DNA of 64,000 bases. It comes from Candidatus Aminicenantales bacterium. GTDB lineage: Bacteria; Acidobacteriota; Aminicenantia; Aminicenantales; Saccharicenantaceae. Position numbers and translations under genes: made by a program. The notes beneath the pieces were generated by a model. It saw only the letters and a program-made list of their open reading frames with translations, was not told the DNA's origin and did not search any database. Of the stretch, positions 1 to 8,377 are shown in pieces; position 1 is the stretch's first letter; each line of letters starts with the position of its first letter. The stretch lies in assembly GCA_049512315.1 (NCBI GenBank), contig JBEKXF010000013.1:1-64000 (forward strand). Reading direction: 5' to 3'.

Positions 1-160
1 CATCCTTGGAAGGTTTACAGAGACCGGTTCGCAAGCGAACTACCCGAGAGACCCTAGGTGATGACAAAAGCGGAAAGATTCACGTTGCCCAGGACCGGAA
101 GTATTCACGTTGCCTTGACAGCATCTCCGCCGGGGTTGAATTCACCCCCGCTTTTTCTTT
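1..160 (+). ncRNA. Possible 3' part of a structured non-coding RNA (6S-like?) ending in an intrinsic terminator; truncated by window edge
   Basis: Nested stems CATCCTTGG/CTAGGTGATG, GGTTT/AGACC, GTTCG/CGAAC; direct repeat ATTCACGTTGCC x2; hairpin GGGGTTGAATTCACCCC followed by a T-rich tract at 152-160. Family identity not established. Confidence 0.25.
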
Positions 161-165
161 ATACT
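136..165 (+). promoter_or_regulatory. Putative sigma70 promoter for pta
   Basis: TTGAAT (136-141), 18 bp, TATACT (160-165); SD TAAGGAG ahead of ATG 201. Confidence 0.5.
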
Positions 166-200
166 GCTTCCTCTCAAACTTTCCAGATAAGGAGTCATTA

Positions 201-1178
201 ATGGGAAACACTTTCATCCAGGACATCCGTCATAAAGCCGCCAAAAAACACCTCCGGATCGCCTTTCCCGACGCCGAGGACGTGAGGACCCTCAAGGCGG
301 CCCTGACCCTCAAGGGCCAGAAGATCGCCGAGCCCTGGCTCGTCGGCAACACCGAAGCGATCCTCAAAATCGCCAAGGGCAACGGCCTCTCGCTCGACGG
401 CATCCCGGTCGTCAACCCCCTGACCGACGGGAACAAGGAGGGGCTCGTCCAGCTGCTCTTCGAGAAGAGAAAAGCCAAAGGGTGGACTCTCGAACAGAGC
501 GCCGAAGCGGCCAAGACGTCCCTGTACTACGCGGGCCTGCTGCTCGCGACGGACAAGGTCGGGGCCGTGGTCGGCGGCAACATCTCCTCGACCGGAGACG
601 TCATCCGGGCCGCCATCCACACGGTCGGCACGGCCCCCGGGATCTCGACGGTCTCGAGCTATTTCATCATGGTCTTTCCGGAGAGGCTCCTCTGCTACGC
701 CGATTGCGCCGTCCTCCCCAACCCGACGGACGCCCAGCTCGCCGACATCGCCATCACCTCGGCCAAGAATTTCCAGGCCGTCACGGGCGAGGAGCCGCGC
801 GTCGCCATGCTGTCCTTCTCGACCAAGGGCTCGGCGTCGCACGCGGACGTCGACAAGGTCGTCAGCGCCACGAAGATAGCCAAAGAGAAAGCGCCCCGGC
901 TCCTCCTCGACGGCGAAATGCAGGCCGACGCGGCCCTGGTTGTCACGGTGGGCGAGCGGAAGTGCAAGGGCAGCCCGGTCGCCGGCAAGGCCAACGTTCT
1001 CGTCTTCCCGGACCTCGACGCGGGAAACATCGGCTACAAGCTGACCGAGCGCCTGGCCGGGGCCGAGGCCGTCGGGCCGATCGTCCAGGGCCTGAACAAG
1101 CCGTACTGCGACCTGAGCCGCGGCTGTTCCCCCGACGACATGGTCAACGTCGCTGCCATCTGCAGCCTCATGGCGTGA
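201..1178 (+). CDS. pta: Phosphate acetyltransferase (short PTA_PTB-only form)
   Basis: Motifs ADCAVLPNP, MLSFSTKGS, DGEMQADAA, VFPDLDAGNIGYK, GPIVQGL, DLSRGC; SD-supported ATG at 201. Confidence 0.93.
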   Translation: MGNTFIQDIRHKAAKKHLRIAFPDAEDVRTLKAALTLKGQKIAEPWLVGNTEAILKIAKGNGLSLDGIPVVNPLTDGNKEGLVQLLFEKRKAKGWTLEQSAEAAKTSLYYAGLLLATDKVGAVVGGNISSTGDVIRAAIHTVGTAPGISTVSSYFIMVFPERLLCYADCAVLPNPTDAQLADIAITSAKNFQAVTGEEPRVAMLSFSTKGSASHADVDKVVSATKIAKEKAPRLLLDGEMQADAALVVTVGERKCKGSPVAGKANVLVFPDLDAGNIGYKLTERLAGAEAVGPIVQGLNKPYCDLSRGCSPDDMVNVAAICSLMA

Positions 1179-1434
1179 GGTACAACGACGAAAAAGCCAC
1201 CCGATCTTTGTCTGCGAGAAAGGAAACGGCTCAAGGTCGTCGACGCCCGGATCGGCAGGGAGCGGAGTCTTCGCAGCGACCCATAAAGGCGACGCGGAGT
1301 GACTCGGAGCGACGCTTTTAGGAAATGTCTTAAAAGAGTCTTGGGCCTTCTGCGCTTCTGATAAATATCCGAAACGAGTCCTAAATTTTTATATGGAATA
1401 CGGTCGGCGAGCGGATTTCGAGAAGGGCTCGTTT

Positions 1435-2307
1435 CTATTTCTTGAAAAGGTTATATTTCTTGACCAAATGATCCGGCTGGTAAGACAGCTTGGCCTTGCG
1501 CAGGCCGGGGACCCCCAGGTCCTGCTCCCGGTTGATGAAGCGGAAGGCGGACCATTCCCGGCGGACAAACTCCCTGTTGATCCACTGGGCCAGGCCGGGG
1601 AAGGCCGGGCTGGCGATCTCGATCTGGATGACGGCCGTGTCGCCGGTCAGGGGCGTCCCGATGGTGAACGCCTCCACCCGGCCGCCGACCTTGACGACGG
1701 CCCCCCTGAGCGGCAATTCGTCGAAATGGGCCAGGGCCTCGAGGATGGCCTCCTTCTCCGCTTTCATGTACGGGTCACCGTTCCCCTTTTCCTCGAACCA
1801 TTGCAGGAGGAGACGCCGGCAGTCGTCCGAGTGCTCCTTACGGAATCTGTCATAGGCGTGATCAAAGCTCGACTCGAATTTCCTGATCCGGTTCCGCTTG
1901 CCGTCGAACTTCTTGCCTTTGAGCTCCGCCAGGTCTTCTCTCAGGTAGACGTAATCGAAATTGTCCCGGTCCTCCTCGACCCTGAACGGCGCGCCGTATT
2001 TTTGGATGAAGTCCTCCGGCAGGCGCGATAATCTCGGCGCCCGGGAAAGACAGGTCTCGATCGTTCTCTCGACCTCGTTCCCGCCGGCCGGGGGCAGGAA
2101 ATAGGCGGGCTCGAAGGTGGGCTCGATAAGGAGGCAGAGGTTCCCGTTGAGGATCGTGTAGCGGGGACGCTCCGAATCCTTCCAGATGAGGATATTCGGG
2201 AAGTTCATTTCGCAGACGGCGACCGGATGCCGGCGAAGATGATCTTCGATGATTGGCCGGTCCTCAGGACCGACAGGTTTGAGCTCGGGGTAAAGAGGAG
2301 GGTTCAT
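1435..2307 (-). CDS. DUF2156 / phosphatidylglycerol lysyltransferase-like domain protein (soluble)
   Basis: Motifs DRDNFDYVY, LKGKKFDGKRN, FINREQDLGVPGLRKAKLSYQP typical of DUF2156; ATG 2307 overlaps stop of upstream GNAT. Confidence 0.8.
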   Translation of the reverse strand: MNPPLYPELKPVGPEDRPIIEDHLRRHPVAVCEMNFPNILIWKDSERPRYTILNGNLCLLIEPTFEPAYFLPPAGGNEVERTIETCLSRAPRLSRLPEDFIQKYGAPFRVEEDRDNFDYVYLREDLAELKGKKFDGKRNRIRKFESSFDHAYDRFRKEHSDDCRRLLLQWFEEKGNGDPYMKAEKEAILEALAHFDELPLRGAVVKVGGRVEAFTIGTPLTGDTAVIQIEIASPAFPGLAQWINREFVRREWSAFRFINREQDLGVPGLRKAKLSYQPDHLVKKYNLFKK

Positions 2308-2717
2308 GATACCTTTCTCACCAGGACGGTGCAGAGCCGCGTGTCGCAGCCTTCGCACCAGGCGGTTCGTCGTTTTTCGGGAAACGTGGCGGGAATGACC
2401 GCGGCCTTTTCGAATCCGCACTTCTCGAAAAATCCGGGGATGACCGTTGCCAGGTGGATGTCGCCCGGGGCCTCGGCCATCAGGGCCGCGACGAGGGCCT
2501 TCGCGACGCCTCTCCCCCGGTGGGCGGCCTCGACGCCCAGGGCGCAGAGCTCCAGGCAATCCGGTTGTTTTTTGAGGGACACGGCCCCGACGATCCGTCG
2601 CTCATCCTCGGCCACCCAGAGATCGTCTTTCTCCATGCCGGGGTAGTCCAGGTCGAGGGACTTGACCAAGCTGACGGCTTGAGGAATGTCTTCGGGGAGG
2701 GCTTTGCGGACGCGCAT
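2304..2717 (-). CDS. GNAT family N-acetyltransferase
   Basis: Acetyl-CoA motif A LGV..AHRGRGVAKALV, FFEKCGF; C-terminal WCEGC....C; 137 aa from ATG 2717. Confidence 0.85.
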   Translation of the reverse strand: MRVRKALPEDIPQAVSLVKSLDLDYPGMEKDDLWVAEDERRIVGAVSLKKQPDCLELCALGVEAAHRGRGVAKALVAALMAEAPGDIHLATVIPGFFEKCGFEKAAVIPATFPEKRRTAWCEGCDTRLCTVLVRKVS

Positions 2718-2795
2718 GAGCCATTCATTATACCACGCCCGCATCTCGCCCCGAAGGGGCCGGGCGAGACGATCAAGGAAATCACCGTCTTCGTC

Positions 2796-2824
2796 TTGAC
2801 AGGACCCCTTCCGGGCAGTAATAT
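2796..2824 (+). promoter_or_regulatory. Putative sigma70 promoter for buk-ptb
   Basis: TTGACA (2796-2801), 17 bp, TAATAT (2819-2824). Confidence 0.55.
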
Positions 2825-2913
2825 TTCCCTGTGCTAGTGGGCAGCGGATATGGTTCCGGATCATGCCCCTCGCTCGCGACCAAAAAAACCCGATTCTTCG
2901 CCCAGGGTGGACC

Positions 2914-3981
2914 ATGTTTCTTTTAATCATCAACCCCGGTTCGACATCGACCAAGATCGCCGTGTACGAGGACGAGCGTGAAGTCTTGTCCGAGAACATC
3001 TCGCATTCCGCCGAAGAGCTGGCTCCGTTCACCAAGATCGTGGACCAGAAGGGCTTTCGAAAGGACATCATCCTCAAGACGCTCAAGGAGAAGAGCGTCG
3101 AGCCGGCGGATCTGGCGGCGGTCATCGGTCGGGGAGGCCTCCTCAATCCTATCCCGAGCGGCGTTTACCGGGTCAACGACAGGATGCTCGAGGACCTTTA
3201 CAATGGGGTCCAGGGAGAGCACGCCTCGAACCTGGGCGGCCTGATCGCCGACGAGATCGCACGTCCCCTGGGCATCCCCGCCTTCATCGTCGACCCCGTC
3301 GTCGTGGACGAATTCGATGATTGGGCCCGGCTGAGCGGCGTCCCGGAGATCCGACGCCGCAGCATCTTTCACGCCCTGAACCACAAGTATTCGGCCCGCC
3401 TGGCCGCCCGGCAGCTCGGCAAAAGCTATGAGTCGGTGAACCTCATCGTCTGCCATCTCGGCGGGGGCATCTCGATCGGCGTCCACAAACAGGGCCGGGT
3501 GGTGGACGTCAACAACGCCCTGAACGGCGAAGGGCCCATCGCCCCGGAACGGGCCGGAACTCTGCCCGCGGGCGATCTGGTCGCCCTGGCCTTCTCGGGT
3601 AAGTACGCGGAGAGAGACCTTAAAAAGATGCTGACGGGCCGGGGCGGGATGGTGGCCCACCTCAAGACGAACGACATGCGAGAGACGCTCAAACGCGTCG
3701 CCCAGGGCGACAAGCAGGCGGAGCTCGTTTTCACGGCCATGGTCATCACCGTGGCCAAGCAGGTCGGGGCGTGCGCCGCGGTCCTCAAGGGCCAAGTGGA
3801 CGGGATCGTCCTGACCGGCGGGCTGGCCTTCTCGACCGAGTTCATCGACAGGATCAAAGAGTCTATCCAATTTCTCGGACCGGTCTTCGTTTTCCCGGGG
3901 GAGAACGAAATGGCGGCACTGGCCCAGGCCGGCCTGCGCGTGATCCGGGGCGAGGATACGGCCCGCACTTATCCGTCTTAA
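2914..3981 (+). CDS. buk: Butyrate kinase (branched-chain carboxylate kinase family)
   Basis: INPGSTSTKIAVY, GRGGLL, HASNLG, DPVVVDE, FHALNHK, HLGGGIS, PGENEM. Confidence 0.95.
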   Translation: MFLLIINPGSTSTKIAVYEDEREVLSENISHSAEELAPFTKIVDQKGFRKDIILKTLKEKSVEPADLAAVIGRGGLLNPIPSGVYRVNDRMLEDLYNGVQGEHASNLGGLIADEIARPLGIPAFIVDPVVVDEFDDWARLSGVPEIRRRSIFHALNHKYSARLAARQLGKSYESVNLIVCHLGGGISIGVHKQGRVVDVNNALNGEGPIAPERAGTLPAGDLVALAFSGKYAERDLKKMLTGRGGMVAHLKTNDMRETLKRVAQGDKQAELVFTAMVITVAKQVGACAAVLKGQVDGIVLTGGLAFSTEFIDRIKESIQFLGPVFVFPGENEMAALAQAGLRVIRGEDTARTYPS

Positions 3982-4007
3982 TTTAAGTAGAACCGAAGGG
4001 AGCCATC

Positions 4008-4907
4008 ATGATCACCACCCTAAAACAGATCGTCGACCGAGTGAAGGGCACCCCACCCAAGCGCCTGGCCATCGCCAGCGGGGAGGACCCCCATACCATC
4101 GAGGCCGTGGGCCGCGCTGTCAAGGAGAAGCTGGTCCAAGCCGTCTTGACCGGGGATAAGAACGCTATCAAAAAAGTCGCCGACGAAAACAAGATCGACA
4201 CTGGTCTTTTCGAGATCGTCCACGAGCCTGACAAGGCCAAGGCTTTGTCCGTGGCCATCGCCAAGGTCCGCTCGGGCGAGGCTGATTTTCTGATGAAAGG
4301 CTTGCTGGATTCTTCCGTCTATATCCGCGGGATCATCGACAAGGAGAAGGGCCTGCTTCCGCCCGGCAAGCTTCTGTCCCATGTGACGGTCATCCAGGTC
4401 CCGACCTGGAAGAAGCTCATCATCTGCGGCGACGTGGCCGTCATTCCCGCCCCGGACCTTGAAGCGAAGATCGCCATTCTGAACTATGCCATCGATGTTG
4501 CCCACAAGCTCGGGATCGATAAGCCCAAGGCCGTCCTCCTTTCGGCGGTCGAGAAAGTGAACCCCAAGATGCCCTCGACGACGGAATCGGCCATCATCTC
4601 CAAGATGGCTGAACGCGGCCAGATCAAGGGCGCCGTGGTCGACGGGCCGCTGGCCCTGGACGTGGCCTTCAGCGAGGAGAGCGCCCAGATCAAGGGCATC
4701 AAGTCGCCGGTGGCCGGAGATGCCGATATCCTGGTCTTTCCCAGCATCGAGGCGGGCAACATCTTTTTTAAAGCGTGCACCTACCTGGCCAAAGGGGAAC
4801 TGGGGGCCATCGTGGCCGGGGCCACCTGCCCATGCATCCTCACCTCGCGCTCGGATTCGGAAGATACCAAGTTCTTCTCGATCGCCCTCGGTTCGCTCCT
4901 GACCTAG
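4008..4907 (+). CDS. ptb: Phosphate butyryltransferase / acyltransferase
   Basis: LMKGLL, LSAVEKVNPKMPST, DGPLALD, EAGNIFFK, LTSRSDS; directly after buk. Confidence 0.88.
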   Translation: MITTLKQIVDRVKGTPPKRLAIASGEDPHTIEAVGRAVKEKLVQAVLTGDKNAIKKVADENKIDTGLFEIVHEPDKAKALSVAIAKVRSGEADFLMKGLLDSSVYIRGIIDKEKGLLPPGKLLSHVTVIQVPTWKKLIICGDVAVIPAPDLEAKIAILNYAIDVAHKLGIDKPKAVLLSAVEKVNPKMPSTTESAIISKMAERGQIKGAVVDGPLALDVAFSEESAQIKGIKSPVAGDADILVFPSIEAGNIFFKACTYLAKGELGAIVAGATCPCILTSRSDSEDTKFFSIALGSLLT

Positions 4908-4956
4908 CCCGCGAACGGCAAGACGGTTTTCACTCATTCAAGCGTCCGGCCAAAAT

Positions 4957-4982
4957 GAGGGGGGCGAGTTCCCCTCTTTTTT
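4957..4982 (+). terminator. Intrinsic terminator after buk-ptb
   Basis: GAGGGGGG-CGAG-TTCCCCTC stem-loop followed by TTTTTT. Confidence 0.65.
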
Positions 4983-5200
4983 CGGAAGACGGGGGGGCCG
5001 CTCCCGGGCGCGATGGGCCGTCCTCTGGTCGTAATCCAGTCCTTTTCGGCTGGCCTGACGGAATTCGTCGAACGATACCGGTTCTTCCTGAACGAGCTCT
5101 CGGGCCGGGCGGACGTGGCCGTTCTCCCCGCCATGAACTGCCGCAGGCCAGTATCAAGAACTCGAAAACGGATGTCAAAGCAGTCTTGCTCTCGGCGTCG

Positions 5201-5230
5201 TTGACAGGGTCCGAATGATTTCATTATAGT
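5201..5230 (+). promoter_or_regulatory. Putative sigma70 promoter
   Basis: TTGACA (5201-5206), 18 bp, TATAGT (5225-5230); SD GGAGG before start at 5262. Confidence 0.55.
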
Positions 5231-5261
5231 GAAGCCTCATGATCCCCAGAGGAGGTCTGTG

Positions 5262-7667
5262 ATGTCTTTTATCCGTAGGCGTTCCGTAAGGAAGTCCATC
5301 TTTCTCGTCGCGGCCGCTCTTCTCGTCCTGGCGGCCATCCCCTACGCCCAACAAGCCAAGAAGACGAACGTTCTTCAATCGACGAACCCCGAGCTGCGCT
5401 TCAAAGGGTTCGAGCAGTACAAAGCCATGCAGCAGGCCTCGAAATTCAAGGACCTCAAGTGGCAGTACATCGGCCCGACGAACATCAGCGGCCGGGTCAC
5501 GGACGTCGCCGTCGTGGCCCCCAAGGGCAAGAATTACACGATTTACATCGCCGCGGCGTCGGGCGGCGTCTGGAAAACGGATAACGAAGGCACGACCTGG
5601 ACGCCGATCTTCGAGCACGAGGTAACGGCGGCGATCGGCGACATCGCCATCGCCCCTTCCAACTCCCAGATCCTCTGGGTCGGGACCGGGGAGCACAACA
5701 TCTTCCGGAGCTCCCAGGCCGGCGTCGGTGTCTATAAATCCACCGACGGCGGCAAGACCTGGTCGCACATGGGGCTCGCCGACACCAGCACGATCGCCCG
5801 GATCGTCGTCCACCCGAAGAACCCGGACGTCGTCTACGTCGCGGCCGGGGGGCACGCATGGACCTCGAACCCGGAGCGAGGCGTCTTCAAGACGGTCGAC
5901 GGCGGCAAGACCTGGGACAAGGTCCTCTTCATTAACGACCAGACCGGCGCCTGCGACCTCGTCATGGACCCCAAGGACAACGATACACTCTATGCGGCGA
6001 CGTGGCAGAGGACGCGGAAGAAATGGAACGACCCGCGGAATTTCGCCGATTACACCGGAAGCGGGATCTACAAGACGACCGACGGTGGCAAGACCTGGAA
6101 TCCGGTCAACGCCGGCCTCCCCGAGGCGAAGTTCCGCGGCCGGATCGGGCTCGACCTCTGCCTGACGAAGCCCAACGTTCTCTATACTCTCGTCGACAAT
6201 TACGACATCTCCCGGAAGCCGACGGCGGAGGAGCAGAGGGATGCCTACGGCGTCCCCTCGAGCGGGATCATCAAGGGGGCCACGGTCTATCGGTCCGACG
6301 ATGACGGCGCTTCCTGGAAGCAGGTGAGCGGCCTCACGCCCGAGCAGCAGAAATTCATGGAGCGCCATTCCGGGACCTACGGCTGGGTCTTCGGCCAGAT
6401 CCGCGTCGACCCCAACGACGAGAATACCGTCTACATCATGGGCGTGCCGTTCAGCGTCTCGACCGACGGCGGCAAGACATTCAGCTCCGTCCGGAGCCCC
6501 GGCGGAGACAACCACGCCCTGTGGATCGACCCCGACAACTCGAACTACCTTATCAAGGGCTTCGACCAGGGCGTCGCCGTGTCCTACGACAAGGGCAAGA
6601 GCTGGCGGTATTTCCAGAAAGAGATCCCCGTCTGCCAGTTCTTCAACCTCAATTATGACATGGCGACCCCGTTCAAGGTGTACGGTTCCATGCAGGACCA
6701 CGGCAGTTTCCGGGCCAAAGTTGATCTCGGCCAAGGGCGGGACAGGATCCCGGCCCAGGAATTCGAGATGGCTCCCGGCGGCGAGGGGTCGAACCACGCC
6801 GTCGACCCGACGAACCCGGACACCGTCTATTCAGCGGGATTCTACGGCACGATTTCGCGGTCCGAATACGGCAAGCCCGGCCCGTTCCCCGGCTATCCCT
6901 ACACCAAGGATCTCCTCCCCGTCCTCTACGAGAACGAACCGCCCCTCCGCGGCCAGTGGCTCGCCCCCTTCATCCTCTCGCCGCACAATCCGAACATTGT
7001 CTACCACGGCATGCAGTACGTTTTCCGATCCCTCGACCGGGGCGATACTTGGGAGAAGATCAGTCCCGACCTGACGACGAACGACCCGGGAACGCGGGGC
7101 GACATCCCCTACCAGACCCTCTTCACGATCTCGGAATCGCCGCTCAAGTACGGCCTCCTCTACGCCGGGACCGACGACGGCCGGCTCTGGGTCACGAAGG
7201 ATGGCGGCAAAGCCTGGCAGGAAATTACGGCCGGACTGGCCCCGGGCAAGTGGATGTCCCGGGTCGTCGCTTCGGCGTACAAGCTGGGCACGGTCTACCT
7301 GACCCAGAACGGCAAGCGGGACGACGATTTCGCACCCTATGTCTGGAAATCGACGGATTACGGCAAGACGTGGACGAGCATCGCCCCGGGCCTCCCGGCC
7401 GGCCCGGTTAACGTCATCCGGGAAGACCCCGTGAACGAGAATATCCTCTATGCCGGGACGGACATGGGCGTCTATGTCACGACGGACGGCGGCAGGACCT
7501 GGATGACCCTGGGCGCGAACCTGCCGACCGCTTACGTCCACGACCTCATCATCCACCCACGGGACAACGTCATCGTCATTGCGACCCACGGCCGCGGCAT
7601 GTGGGGCCTCGACGCCAATCCCGTCAACGAGAAGGACAAGCGGCGGAGATTTTTCTACGAGAACTGA
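5262..7667 (+). CDS. Secreted BNR/Asp-box repeat (VPS10/sortilin-like beta-propeller) protein, putative glycosyl hydrolase
   Basis: Signal peptide; many S/T-x-D-G-G-K-T-W Asp-box repeats; GPTNISGR N-terminus and ATHGRG C-terminus typical of this family. Confidence 0.85.
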   Translation: MSFIRRRSVRKSIFLVAAALLVLAAIPYAQQAKKTNVLQSTNPELRFKGFEQYKAMQQASKFKDLKWQYIGPTNISGRVTDVAVVAPKGKNYTIYIAAASGGVWKTDNEGTTWTPIFEHEVTAAIGDIAIAPSNSQILWVGTGEHNIFRSSQAGVGVYKSTDGGKTWSHMGLADTSTIARIVVHPKNPDVVYVAAGGHAWTSNPERGVFKTVDGGKTWDKVLFINDQTGACDLVMDPKDNDTLYAATWQRTRKKWNDPRNFADYTGSGIYKTTDGGKTWNPVNAGLPEAKFRGRIGLDLCLTKPNVLYTLVDNYDISRKPTAEEQRDAYGVPSSGIIKGATVYRSDDDGASWKQVSGLTPEQQKFMERHSGTYGWVFGQIRVDPNDENTVYIMGVPFSVSTDGGKTFSSVRSPGGDNHALWIDPDNSNYLIKGFDQGVAVSYDKGKSWRYFQKEIPVCQFFNLNYDMATPFKVYGSMQDHGSFRAKVDLGQGRDRIPAQEFEMAPGGEGSNHAVDPTNPDTVYSAGFYGTISRSEYGKPGPFPGYPYTKDLLPVLYENEPPLRGQWLAPFILSPHNPNIVYHGMQYVFRSLDRGDTWEKISPDLTTNDPGTRGDIPYQTLFTISESPLKYGLLYAGTDDGRLWVTKDGGKAWQEITAGLAPGKWMSRVVASAYKLGTVYLTQNGKRDDDFAPYVWKSTDYGKTWTSIAPGLPAGPVNVIREDPVNENILYAGTDMGVYVTTDGGRTWMTLGANLPTAYVHDLIIHPRDNVIVIATHGRGMWGLDANPVNEKDKRRRFFYEN

Positions 7668-8265
7668 GATACTCCGGCCGGCTGGCGGCGCGGTCGAGGA
7701 ACCGGGGAGGACCGTCGTCGTCGACGGCATCGGGTCCGTCCTCGTCACGAAGAGCCGGCGGGCCCGCCACATCGGACTGACGGTCCGCGCCTCCCGGGGC
7801 GTGCGAGTTGCCGTGCCGGCGGGCGTTTCCTTCGAGGAGGCCCGCCGCGTCGCAATCTCCAGGCGGGAATGGATCCGGCGGACGATCGCCCGGATCGAAC
7901 GCGCCCGGGACCGCTGTCGCGAGGCGGTCGTCGCCGCCGAACGTCTCGATCGCCGTCGGGCCCGCGCCGATCTCAGCCAAAGGCTGGCCAAGCTGGCCGC
8001 GGAACACGGGCTCACTTACCGTGCCCTGAGCGTCCGGAGCCAGACAACGCTCTGGGGAAGTGCCTCGCCCTCCGGCCGCATCCAGCTCAACGCCCGGCTG
8101 ACCGTCTTGCCTCCGGACCTTTCGGATTATGTCATCCTCCACGAACTGGTCCACACCCGCGTCAGGGGACACGGCCGGGCGTTTTGGGCGGAGCTCGAGC
8201 GTCATTGTCCCGACGCCCGGCGCCGCCAGACCCGGCTCCGGGAGTATTCTCTCGCACTGTTCTAG
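7657..8265 (+). CDS. M48/SprT-like zinc metallopeptidase domain protein (YgjP/DUF45-like); start uncertain
   Basis: TLWGSAS, YVILHELVH..V.GH...FW motifs; no in-frame ATG/GTG/TTG between TTG 7579 and GTG 7801. Confidence 0.75.
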   Translation, partial: TRTEILRPAGGAVEEPGRTVVVDGIGSVLVTKSRRARHIGLTVRASRGVRVAVPAGVSFEEARRVAISRREWIRRTIARIERARDRCREAVVAAERLDRRRARADLSQRLAKLAAEHGLTYRALSVRSQTTLWGSASPSGRIQLNARLTVLPPDLSDYVILHELVHTRVRGHGRAFWAELERHCPDARRRQTRLREYSLALF

Positions 8266-8377
8266 GGGAAAGAGCCACGTGATAAGGTGGTGACAGAATG
8301 GGTACTCTCGAGCCTCCCCCCTTCCCTTTTGGCCCGGTTTATAATAAAGAATAAGGAAAAAGGAAAGGTGGTTCTTC

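Noticed and set aside
72..114. Direct repeat as a mini-CRISPR array
   Set aside because: Only two 12-nt copies 25 nt apart; no cas genes.
5175..6797. Long antisense and alternate-frame ORFs (also 17036-19087, 33218-35158, 43250-44941 and many others)
   Set aside because: Shadow ORFs expected from high-GC codon bias opposite well-supported genes; no recognisable motifs.
5560..7510. Recurrent GACGGCGGCAAGACCTGG-like DNA repeats
   Set aside because: They encode the Asp-box (BNR) protein repeats.
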